Virus record (IMG/VR): IMGVR_UViG_3300046787_000508
Location: 64,001 to 128,000 of that record
Reading direction: 5' to 3' (one strand)
Length of the DNA: 64,000 bases
Source: a virus
Taxonomy: Duplodnaviria > Caudoviricetes
Of this stretch, positions 39,674-53,050 are shown in pieces. The position numbers were made by a program, and so were the translations under genes. Within the stretch, counting starts at the first letter, position 1. The number at the start of each line of letters is the position of its first letter. Below the pieces are notes generated by a model, which saw only the letters and a program-made list of their open reading frames with translations, was not told the DNA's origin and searched no databases.

Positions 39674-40510
39674 TTATGTTAATCTAATTAAAATGTGACT
39701 TCCACTTCTATAAAGTCCACCTAATGGTACATTACCAGCTTCCGCCTCAGAATCGTTTGCAAAATTTAAACTTGACGAAACCTCAGATAATACAACAAAT
39801 CCATTTGTGGTTAGGTTTTGTGTTACATCTAAATTATTTAATAAATTAACACTCCCACTGAATTCGTATTGATAACCTTCACTAACGTTAACCGTATTAA
39901 ACCCAACTACACCTGAACCACTAATATGTATTTGAGGGTTTTCCCATCTATTTTGTGAAAATAAATTTAAATTGGCGGGATGAGAAGGTCCACCGACTGT
40001 ACCAACATATAAATCTTTACCTACATTCAATAGATACGAATCATTCGCATAACCAACATACCCACCGGTATATTGACTTGAATTTATCCCCAAATCTACG
40101 TAATGTATGAATTCAGTACCATTATCCGCCGTAACCACAATGTCGGCACTTGCATTTGAACCACTATTAGTGTTTTGTAGATTGATTTGAGTATATGCAT
40201 AATGGTTACCACTAAAATGTGCAACATTATAACTACCACTATTCTCAACATGTAATATTTCGGGATTGTTAGTGTGAGTAATACCCGAACCAACCACAAC
40301 CTGATTCTTAAATGTTGATGAACTTGAAACAAATAACGTACCTTGTATTGTTTGGTTACCACTAAAGGTATGTGAACCACTATCCACTAAAACGGTTCTA
40401 AGGGTACCCAATGACGACTTATAGGTTTGACTACCATCGTCATAGATTGTGTACCCCGTTAAACTTGGGTTAGTTGTTCCCGAAAAATCCTTTATATATT
40501 TGTTTGGCAT
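39674..40510 (-). CDS. Tail fibre-like beta-rich protein
   Basis: G/S/N/T-rich beta repeats; C-terminal FANDSEAEAGNVPLGGLYRSGS...IR motif of the kind seen in aquatic phage fibres. Confidence 0.55.
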   Translation of the reverse strand: MPNKYIKDFSGTTNPSLTGYTIYDDGSQTYKSSLGTLRTVLVDSGSHTFSGNQTIQGTLFVSSSSTFKNQVVVGSGITHTNNPEILHVENSGSYNVAHFSGNHYAYTQINLQNTNSGSNASADIVVTADNGTEFIHYVDLGINSSQYTGGYVGYANDSYLLNVGKDLYVGTVGGPSHPANLNLFSQNRWENPQIHISGSGVVGFNTVNVSEGYQYEFSGSVNLLNNLDVTQNLTTNGFVVLSEVSSSLNFANDSEAEAGNVPLGGLYRSGSHILIRLT

Positions 40511-40512
40511 TA

Positions 40513-40755
40513 TTACTTAATTGTTAAAATAAATTGGTTACCTGATTTAATTGGTGCTGTTTCACCTTCTTTCAATTCACTAGACATATAAAAGAATTGC
40601 TCTTTTACAATTTCGTGTGGAAATTTGATTTCTTCTTTAACCGCATTCTTAATGTTTTCAATTGTTAATGGTTCATCAACATTGAATGTCTTGCGGTATC
40701 TTTTTATTTTTTCTTCGTTCTTAACGATTAAAACCTCTAAATTAAATGATTTCAT
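40513..40755 (-). CDS. Hypothetical protein
   Basis: 80-aa ORF, co-oriented and tightly packed. Confidence 0.65.
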   Translation of the reverse strand: MKSFNLEVLIVKNEEKIKRYRKTFNVDEPLTIENIKNAVKEEIKFPHEIVKEQFFYMSSELKEGETAPIKSGNQFILTIK

Positions 40756-40783
40756 ATTTTATATTTTTTTTATTTCTTAATTA

Positions 40784-42865
40784 TTAATCATCCCACCAGA
40801 TGTAATCGTTTATTAATTGTTCACCATCATAATCATCCATTGTAACTGATGTTATTGTTTCATCACTAACTAAGAAAAACTCTTTTGTTCCTTGACCTTG
40901 GAATATAACCACAAATCTATCTTTTGCTGAATATATGTCACTCCAATTATTGTATTGTGTTGTGTAGGTGTTTAATATTGTTCCTGTAAAATCATATAAA
41001 TTTATTGTATAAACACCACCATCTGATTCGTTATATACTAACATAAACTTATCTTTCCCAACTGACATATTGTAATTATAATATTCTGGAATAGTAAACT
41101 CTGAACTAATTCCACTATTAGTTAAAACTCTACAGTTTAATCCACCTTCAGACCATAATACCATATTACTTGGGGTTAAGAATGTAGATGTGAAATAATC
41201 ATTTGGTGTACTAATTTGATTGTAATGTGTTGTTGATGTAAACCCAGTACTTCCACTATAAACATAATATGCATGATTAGTAGTAGACGAATCAGTATAA
41301 CGTAAATAAAATACATCGCCGTTACTAGTCATATTGTAAGCATAATTTGAATATAATATCGGGTCTAAACTATCAAGAATTGTTCCGTCGTTACCAATTA
41401 AATTGAAGAACATATCTATTCCGCTGTTTGTACTGTAAGATGTTACAAGTCTATCTCCCATTGAGTAATAATTGGTGTCGGTTATACCTGAAACTGGTTC
41501 AGTTAAATCTGCAATTGTTACACCACTTATTGTAATTGTTATCACACCTAATGTGTTACCTGTTGTTTCGCAGAATGATTTATAAGTGTTACCAAGATTA
41601 CCCCACGTTGCCACCGTTCTATTTGCACCATTTGTCACAGAATAAGTTGTAAATCCGGTTTGGTTATTCAACATATAAACATAGTCGAAATAATCACATT
41701 GCGGTCCCAAATTACTGTATCCAACTTCGTTATATAATGAAATTACAACACTACCATCGACACTGCTATCAGGCCAATAACTTTCGTCACCATTTATGTT
41801 AATAGCATCATAATTAGAACCTCTAACGTGAGTTGTTTCAGTTAAAGTTCCTGTTGTACCATTGTAATGGATTATTTTATAATCGACAGCGGTATTGTCC
41901 CAATTGTAATAAACCGCACACATTCTATCTGTTCCAAGAAAACGAGCATCTACACTAGCGTATGTGTCTCCCGTAAGTGATATTGTTTCTAAAATATCAC
42001 CGTCGGTGTTATAAATTTCTAAACTTGTGTATTGATTGGTATCTTGGTCTCTAGTTTCAACGGCAATGAAATCGATAAATGGTGATATCATATGGTCAAC
42101 ATTTATACAGTCGCTCCAAGTTTTGAATGGAATAACTGTACCATCAGGTTTCATAATATATGACGCACCTGCACCATTACACGCCCATTGTCCAATTTCA
42201 TATTTTTTTACAATAATAGAACCGTCACCCATTACGGCATCATAATCCCATTCAATATCAATATTATGTGTTTCAGGATTCCAAGTGTAAGTATATAAAT
42301 CTATTCCGTTGAAATATTTTAATATACCATTATCAGCATCTTCATATGTAATCCATTTACCATCTAAACTATTAAGGTCATAACTATTTGTTGTTCCACT
42401 ATATTGACCAACAATGGCGTTCGATGCATCTGTGAATATTACGAGATTTTCGTTGCCATTGTCTCTACCTGCAAAATGATAACCATATCCTGAATCGGTT
42501 AACGGATAAAGGTTGTAGTTGTACCAATAAGTTGAGTCAATTCCTAAATCAATAACCTCAGCGGTGAAATCGTTAAAGTTTAACGTTGCTGCACCATAGT
42601 TACTCGAAGTTGTCATTCTATCTGAATGAACGAATAATTGTGTTTCAACTACCGGTTCGTCAATCGTTAACGTATACGTGTAATCATACTCGGCCAAATA
42701 GATGTTGTAAACACCATATGGATGTGATGTAATGTTATTAAAAGGGATTGTTTTAGTTCCAAGGTTTACCGTGGTACCTGATGTTGTCCCTGTATATGGT
42801 ATAAACGTTACTGTTGCCGTCTTACCACTTAAGTTCTCACTTGTTATTCTTGCTCCTATTGCCAT
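40784..42865 (-). CDS. Virion surface / receptor-binding-like protein (Y/T/D/N-rich, beta-propeller-like)
   Basis: 693 aa, beta-rich composition, late motif upstream, dense [ST]GxT motifs. Confidence 0.55.
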   Translation of the reverse strand: MAIGARITSENLSGKTATVTFIPYTGTTSGTTVNLGTKTIPFNNITSHPYGVYNIYLAEYDYTYTLTIDEPVVETQLFVHSDRMTTSSNYGAATLNFNDFTAEVIDLGIDSTYWYNYNLYPLTDSGYGYHFAGRDNGNENLVIFTDASNAIVGQYSGTTNSYDLNSLDGKWITYEDADNGILKYFNGIDLYTYTWNPETHNIDIEWDYDAVMGDGSIIVKKYEIGQWACNGAGASYIMKPDGTVIPFKTWSDCINVDHMISPFIDFIAVETRDQDTNQYTSLEIYNTDGDILETISLTGDTYASVDARFLGTDRMCAVYYNWDNTAVDYKIIHYNGTTGTLTETTHVRGSNYDAININGDESYWPDSSVDGSVVISLYNEVGYSNLGPQCDYFDYVYMLNNQTGFTTYSVTNGANRTVATWGNLGNTYKSFCETTGNTLGVITITISGVTIADLTEPVSGITDTNYYSMGDRLVTSYSTNSGIDMFFNLIGNDGTILDSLDPILYSNYAYNMTSNGDVFYLRYTDSSTTNHAYYVYSGSTGFTSTTHYNQISTPNDYFTSTFLTPSNMVLWSEGGLNCRVLTNSGISSEFTIPEYYNYNMSVGKDKFMLVYNESDGGVYTINLYDFTGTILNTYTTQYNNWSDIYSAKDRFVVIFQGQGTKEFFLVSDETITSVTMDDYDGEQLINDYIWWDD

Positions 42866-42884
42866 TGTTTAATATTTTGTCTAT

Positions 42885-42892
42885 TATAAATA
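42885..42892 (-). promoter_or_regulatory. TATTTATA motif (putative late promoter)
   Basis: 19 nt before the ATG at 42865. Confidence 0.55.
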
Positions 42893-42933
42893 CTTTATTT
42901 TATTGTATCTTTTATTATTTGTTATATTTTATT

Positions 42934-47799
<4,866 letters not shown>

Positions 47800-47804
47800 G
47801 TTTA

Positions 47805-47837
47805 TATAAATATCTTTCCCTTCGTTTGATATTTATA
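47805..47837. promoter_or_regulatory. Back-to-back TATTTATA motifs at the strand switch (divergent late promoters)
   Basis: 47805-47812 on minus (GATATTTATA) serves gene 47799; 47830-47837 on plus (GATATTTATA) serves gene 47853. Confidence 0.65.
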
Positions 47838-47852
47838 ATAAAAGTGATTTAG

Positions 47853-48638
47853 ATGAATAATTTTATTAAACAGGTAATTGAGGAGAAATTTGCTTCAAAA
47901 GCACAACAACGTTTCTTCTATGCAAAGGCAAACGAAAAGGGTGCCAGCAAGAAAGAAAAAGAAAAATGGGGTAAGATGGCGAAGGAGTTTTCAGATAAAA
48001 CAAATTTTAAAAAAATCCCTAATAAAGTTGATGAAACCGACCCAAATCAAGAAGAATTACAATTTGATGAGATTGTTGATGCCGATGGAAACATCATGAC
48101 AGGGTCAAAACCAACTAATGCCAACACTAAAGGTATTACTTCAAAATCTACAAGTGATGACGTTGTAAGGTCAGCAATGGGTCAAATGGGTACATTTGGT
48201 ATTGCAGGCGGAACGAGAAAAGGTGCAACCACAATGAGATATTGGGGAGAATCTGATATGAGTAAAGCATTAGGTTATGAAGACACGTTGGGTAGTGATG
48301 AGGATATCGAAGACGCTAAAAGTCATTTTGAAGATGAATTAGGTTTGCCTGATGATGAAGCAAAAGAAAGAATGAACAAAATGGGATACGATGAGAATTT
48401 ACCTGACGATAAGGTTAGGTTAATTGAGACCCCAAAGAAATTCATAGAAGAGTATATTGAAAGTTTATTGGCTAAGAAAACAAAATCAGATGATTTAGTG
48501 AAAGGTAGTCAAAACGAAATTGATGAGAAAAAAATTAACCCTATATTAATGAGACAATTAAAATCTTTAAAGAGTTCTTTAAAAGATAATGATTTATCGG
48601 TAAAGGATATTATTGATTATTTAAACGACAATGAATAA
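47853..48638 (+). CDS. Hypothetical late protein (putative head cargo)
   Basis: N-terminal basic module FASKAQQRFFYAK...KW..MA.EF...T followed by an acidic region. Confidence 0.75.
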   Translation: MNNFIKQVIEEKFASKAQQRFFYAKANEKGASKKEKEKWGKMAKEFSDKTNFKKIPNKVDETDPNQEELQFDEIVDADGNIMTGSKPTNANTKGITSKSTSDDVVRSAMGQMGTFGIAGGTRKGATTMRYWGESDMSKALGYEDTLGSDEDIEDAKSHFEDELGLPDDEAKERMNKMGYDENLPDDKVRLIETPKKFIEEYIESLLAKKTKSDDLVKGSQNEIDEKKINPILMRQLKSLKSSLKDNDLSVKDIIDYLNDNE

Positions 48639-49122
48639 AGAATTAATGGGTAGAGAATTTAACCTACCTGAAAATATTATACAACATTTAGCTACCAAGT
48701 TATCTCAACATACTTCGGATACCGATGGTACTATGCGTACGAAAAATCTTTTACAAACCAAAAAAGTTAACTACAACCAACTTAAAAGAATTTTACACGA
48801 CATGAAATACATGGACAAAACGAATGAAAGTGTAAAATATGAACTATATGGTGGTGAATTAATGGAGAAATGGGGCAATCAAATACTTCATTCGGAAAGA
48901 GGACAAATTCAAAATAGAAAAGATTCAAGACAAAGGGCGGATAATATCGGAGGAATAAACGGAATGAGAAAAAATTCACATTTAAGTTCTCACACAAAAA
49001 AAGATAGTTATAAAAGTCCAATTAACACCATGAAAAGTAACTCAGAAAAAACTTCAGTTTCTTCTTTGTCTCTTTCAAAATTATTTGAGGAATTAACAAA
49101 ATCTAAAAAAACAATTAAATAA
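48631..49122 (+). CDS. Hypothetical basic late protein
   Basis: 163-aa ORF overlapping the upstream stop; K/N/S-rich C-terminal half. Confidence 0.7.
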   Translation: MNKELMGREFNLPENIIQHLATKLSQHTSDTDGTMRTKNLLQTKKVNYNQLKRILHDMKYMDKTNESVKYELYGGELMEKWGNQILHSERGQIQNRKDSRQRADNIGGINGMRKNSHLSSHTKKDSYKSPINTMKSNSEKTSVSSLSLSKLFEELTKSKKTIK

Positions 49123-49123
49123 T

Positions 49124-49783
49124 ATGGCAACATTGTTAGAACAATTAGCGGAAAAAGAAAGAGTTGCAAGTTTGGCTCGTAATTCATATGGAACCGACGG
49201 TAACTATAATTCAACACATCCCAATGCAATTGCAAATGGGGACGAAAAAGGTAAAGGTGAAAATAGTGGAATGATTGGTTCATCTATTGACATTATGAAT
49301 AGAAATGAAAGTTTATCAAGAAATACCTACAATTTAAATAACGGATATTCTGAGGTAAACATTAACGCACTTTCAGATGGGGATGAAAAAGGTAAAGGTG
49401 ATAACAACGGTAGTGTAGGTTCACTAACGGACATCAATAAAAGAAATGATTTATTATCGAGAAACCCATACCAATCACAAAACCAATATGGTGTTACTAA
49501 TGCTAATGCAATTTCAGACGGAGACGAAAAAGGTAAAGGTGAAAACAATGGTAATATAGGTTCTGCATCAGATATTCAAAATAGAATTGACAATATCGGA
49601 AGAAATCCTTATAATAAAGATAACGGTTATAGTTTAAATCACGTTAATGCGTTATCAAATAACGACGAGAAAGGTAAAGGTGAATATAATCAAAGTGTTG
49701 GGTCCCTTACAGATATTAACACAAGAACCCAAGTTACGGGAATCAATAAATTTAAGTTGAATAACACATACCCAGATTTTTAA
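49124..49783 (+). CDS. Tandem-repeat protein (4 x 47 aa, DEKGKG core)
   Basis: A 31-aa leader plus four repeats fills the 219-aa ORF exactly. Confidence 0.8.
   Translation: MATLLEQLAEKERVASLARNSYGTDGNYNSTHPNAIANGDEKGKGENSGMIGSSIDIMNRNESLSRNTYNLNNGYSEVNINALSDGDEKGKGDNNGSVGSLTDINKRNDLLSRNPYQSQNQYGVTNANAISDGDEKGKGENNGNIGSASDIQNRIDNIGRNPYNKDNGYSLNHVNALSNNDEKGKGEYNQSVGSLTDINTRTQVTGINKFKLNNTYPDF
49217..49780 (+). repeat. Four tandem 141-nt coding repeats
   Basis: GAY-GAR-AAA-GGT-AAA-GGT core begins at 49241, 49382, 49523 and 49664, an exact 141-nt period. Confidence 0.92.
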
Positions 49784-50667
49784 TGTTTCAAATTACCGAA
49801 ATAGCATTACTACTTGAACAAGATAGTAAATTAGAATTATTAAGAAAATCGATTAGTGGTCGTTTACCGATTACTATCAATTATTCTGGACCCTCCAATG
49901 AGGTTAAATCAGGAAAGAGAATCGATATTCAACCCGTAATATTAGGTAAACACGTAAAAAGTGACAACTTAGTATTTTGGGCGTTTGTGTCAAAAGGAGT
50001 ATCTAAGAAAGGTCTTCCAAATTGGAAAATGTTTAGAGTTGATAGAGTTCTTGAGGTAAAATTTAATTTAGGAGCTCAACCATTTAATTTAATTGATATT
50101 CCAGGGTTTGTTAAAGGTAAGGCACCAAGCGCGATGAAATCGTTATCAAGTGTTGACATTATGTCACCGTATTGGTTTGAGGATGATAAGAGATACACTA
50201 AATCACCAATTACTCGTCCTACCGTTAAACAAAAACCAACTCCACCATCAGTAACTAAACCAACACCTGAGGTTCCAGAACCACAAACTCAACCTCAACC
50301 GGTGGAACCAAAAGCAGTAGAGAATCCTGAAACATCCAACGTAGATTATTCGGGGGAAATTTACAATAACTTAAAAAATAAAATATCTGATAATAACGGA
50401 CAAAAAACAATTACAACTAAGGATTATCAAGATGCTTTAAATGATTTGTATAGAAAGCAAGAAGATGAATGGAAGACCTACCAAAGAAAAGTTGGTGGTA
50501 ATGATAGACCTGGTCAAGGTACAAGAGCGAAGTTTAATAATAACTCTAAATCACAAATAGATTCACTTCTGTCTAAGGATAATATCACCGTAAATGATAA
50601 TAATCCTGAAACACTTTCAGAAAGATATAAAATACAAAATAGATTTAAACAGTTGATTAATTCATAA
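49783..50667 (+). CDS. WYL-domain protein with Pro-rich linker and C-terminal helical domain
   Basis: LRKSISGR.PITINY......R.DIQPVILG......VFWAF.......WKMFRVDRV follows the WYL pattern (L..AI..R..V.I.Y...R...P..L...WR.FR.DRI). Confidence 0.75.
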   Translation: MFQITEIALLLEQDSKLELLRKSISGRLPITINYSGPSNEVKSGKRIDIQPVILGKHVKSDNLVFWAFVSKGVSKKGLPNWKMFRVDRVLEVKFNLGAQPFNLIDIPGFVKGKAPSAMKSLSSVDIMSPYWFEDDKRYTKSPITRPTVKQKPTPPSVTKPTPEVPEPQTQPQPVEPKAVENPETSNVDYSGEIYNNLKNKISDNNGQKTITTKDYQDALNDLYRKQEDEWKTYQRKVGGNDRPGQGTRAKFNNNSKSQIDSLLSKDNITVNDNNPETLSERYKIQNRFKQLINS

Positions 50668-50687
50668 TTTAAAAATATATTTAGAAC

Positions 50688-51278
50688 ATGTCACAATTAA
50701 ATAACGGCCCAATTACATCAAACGATTTGATGCAAAGATTAGTACAGGCAAAAAAAGTATTAAATAAAGTAGATTCAGGTAATTATCATAAAGGTAACAT
50801 AAATGAAAATATGTTATCCAATAATGATTCTTACGATTCTTACGATTATGATGAGGTACCTCAAGTACCTACAAATAATCCATCATCTGTAAGTCAACCA
50901 ATGAGTAATGATAGAATACAAAATTCAAAATTACCCGACGCAATTAAAAAGGCAATGATGGAAAACCCAATACCACAGATTTCACTTAGCGATACCTTAG
51001 ATATGGATTTTGTTAAGGGAGCAAAAAGATTAATGGAAGCAGAAAACGCAGCTGCTAGACCACCACAAACTAAAAAATCGGCACCACAAATGAGTGGTAA
51101 TGTTGATATGAAGGCAATTGCCACTTTAGTGGAGAATACAGTACGTAAAGTTATGGATGAAAAACTAAACCAAATACTTGCCGCTTCACAAACTCAGTCT
51201 ATTAATGAGAATTTAGTGTTAAAAGTGGGAGATTCAATCTTTAAAGGTAAAATTACGGGAGTAAATAAATCTAAATAG
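50688..51278 (+). CDS. Hypothetical protein
   Basis: 196-aa co-oriented ORF; no recognised motif. Confidence 0.75.
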   Translation: MSQLNNGPITSNDLMQRLVQAKKVLNKVDSGNYHKGNINENMLSNNDSYDSYDYDEVPQVPTNNPSSVSQPMSNDRIQNSKLPDAIKKAMMENPIPQISLSDTLDMDFVKGAKRLMEAENAAARPPQTKKSAPQMSGNVDMKAIATLVENTVRKVMDEKLNQILAASQTQSINENLVLKVGDSIFKGKITGVNKSK

Positions 51279-51281
51279 GAT

Positions 51282-51310
51282 TTGATTTTTTGAAATTTTT
51301 TATCTATATT
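51282..51310 (+). promoter_or_regulatory. Sigma70-like promoter (TTGATT-17-TATATT) for the GT/dUTPase/PhoH operon
   Basis: Exact 17-nt spacer, 19 nt before the ATG at 51330. Confidence 0.55.
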
Positions 51311-51329
51311 TTATTAGATAAAGAATTAT

Positions 51330-52559
51330 ATGTCAAAAATACGAATATTAGCAATCCCCTCCGACACACATGGAGTTGGTAAATTTAGAATTTTAGGTCC
51401 ATACACGTTCATCCAAGAAAACTACGGTGAAGATTTCCACGTGGACATTAAAACTAACGTACCCGATGATGATAAAGAATTTGAAAATTACGATATTGTA
51501 GTTTTTCATAGTTTTATCCATTCTCATTCTGAGTTTGAAAGAAATTTAGAAAGAATTGAATGGTTAAAGAAAAAAGGTATCATCACAATTATTGATAACG
51601 ATGACTATTGGGAACCTGATTTCAGACACCCAATGTACAATCAAATTATCAAAACGGGTACACCAAAGAAAAAGGTCCAATTATTAAAATTGGCCGATTA
51701 CATTACAGTAACTACACCAATATTTAGGAACACAATTAAAACAAAACTTGGATTAACCAATGTTCAAGTGTTTCCTAATGCCGTTGATGAAACAGAACCA
51801 CAATATAAACCAAACCCAACAAAATCAGATAGAGTTAGATTTGGTTGGTTAGGAGGTTCTTCTCATTTCCACGATTTAGATTTAATGACTAGCGGGATTA
51901 ACTCGGTTTATTCATCACATAAAGATAAGGTACAATTTGTTTTATGTGGATTCGATTTACGAGGTACCGTTACTGAAATCGACCAAAAATCAGGTCAAAA
52001 AAGACAAAGAGATATACGTCCTCATGAAACTACTTGGTTCCAATATGAGAAAATATTCACAGACAATTATCGAGCAATTGATGAAGACTACTTAAAATTC
52101 CTCACATCATTCAAGGAAGAAGAGTATAACGACATCGATTTACCATATAGAAGAAGATGGACAATGCCAATTTCAAAATATGCTTTGAATTATAATCATT
52201 TTGATGTATCTTTGGCCCCGTTAATACCATCAACGTTTAACGGTAACAAATCCCAATTAAAATTAATTGAGGCCGGATTCCACAAAAAGGCAATCATTGC
52301 AAGTGAAACTGACCCTTACACAATTGATATTATTAGTGCCGTTAATGAAGGTAAATTTAATGACAATGGTAATGGATTATTGGTTAACCAAAATAGAAAC
52401 CACAAAGAGTGGGCAAAACATATGAAGAAATTAATCGACAATCCAAACATGATTGAGGATTTAGGTAATCGTTTATATGAAACAGTAAAAGACACATACT
52501 CAATGAAAAAAGTATGTAAAGATAGAGTAGAATTTATTAAATCAATTATTAACAATTAA
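51330..52559 (+). CDS. Glycosyltransferase, GT-B fold (GT4-like)
   Basis: GVGKFRI..P, IDNDDYW, ADYITVTT..F, V.VFPNAVD, RFGWLGGSSH..DL, FDVSLAPL..S.FN..KS.LKLIEAG....IIAS. Confidence 0.85.
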   Translation: MSKIRILAIPSDTHGVGKFRILGPYTFIQENYGEDFHVDIKTNVPDDDKEFENYDIVVFHSFIHSHSEFERNLERIEWLKKKGIITIIDNDDYWEPDFRHPMYNQIIKTGTPKKKVQLLKLADYITVTTPIFRNTIKTKLGLTNVQVFPNAVDETEPQYKPNPTKSDRVRFGWLGGSSHFHDLDLMTSGINSVYSSHKDKVQFVLCGFDLRGTVTEIDQKSGQKRQRDIRPHETTWFQYEKIFTDNYRAIDEDYLKFLTSFKEEEYNDIDLPYRRRWTMPISKYALNYNHFDVSLAPLIPSTFNGNKSQLKLIEAGFHKKAIIASETDPYTIDIISAVNEGKFNDNGNGLLVNQNRNHKEWAKHMKKLIDNPNMIEDLGNRLYETVKDTYSMKKVCKDRVEFIKSIINN

Positions 52560-52570
52560 AACAAACAAAC

Positions 52571-52801
52571 ATGCATTATTTAGTTACAATCGGTTACGAG
52601 TCAGAACAAATGGACAGAGAAGGTAACCCAAGAGTTAAAAAGTACAAATACATTATTGAAGCTGAAACAGTGGAAGAAGCAACAATCGTAGCATCTAAGT
52701 ACAGAGCTGGGGATACTCGTTCAAGTGAAAGTATCTCAGTGGCCAAAATGGCAATCGAATGTGTTATCGATTCAAAAAACACACCTGAATATTATAAATA
52801 A
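52571..52801 (+). CDS. DUF4494-like small protein
   Basis: Y.VTI.Y......G..+VK..YII.A.TVEEA pattern resembles Bacteroidota DUF4494. Confidence 0.5.
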   Translation: MHYLVTIGYESEQMDREGNPRVKKYKYIIEAETVEEATIVASKYRAGDTRSSESISVAKMAIECVIDSKNTPEYYK

Positions 52802-52825
52802 TAATTAAAACACATCATCCGAGTT

Positions 52826-53050
52826 ATGGACTTTAATAGTAGAGATATACAAATACTTCGTCAGTCACAAAGTAAAATGGCATTAGAGTACCTTAACTCG
52901 GTTGGTGTTAAGGTTACATTTGAGGAATTACAACGTGTAACGGATGTGTTCGTTGAGTGTTGTTTAAGACCTCAAGATAACGACTTAAAGGAAAGAATTA
53001 AGAAGTTAGATAAATGGATTATCGAAAAGAAATTAAGTCAAAATGGATAA
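52826..53050 (+). CDS. Hypothetical protein
   Basis: 74-aa helical ORF (IL.RQSQ.KMALEYL). Confidence 0.7.
   Translation: MDFNSRDIQILRQSQSKMALEYLNSVGVKVTFEELQRVTDVFVECCLRPQDNDLKERIKKLDKWIIEKKLSQNG

Noticed and set aside
49241-49681. GDEKGKG read as a Walker A P-loop
   Set aside because: It lacks the GK[ST] ending and the preceding hydrophobic beta-strand; the 47-aa repeat is too short for a P-loop domain.
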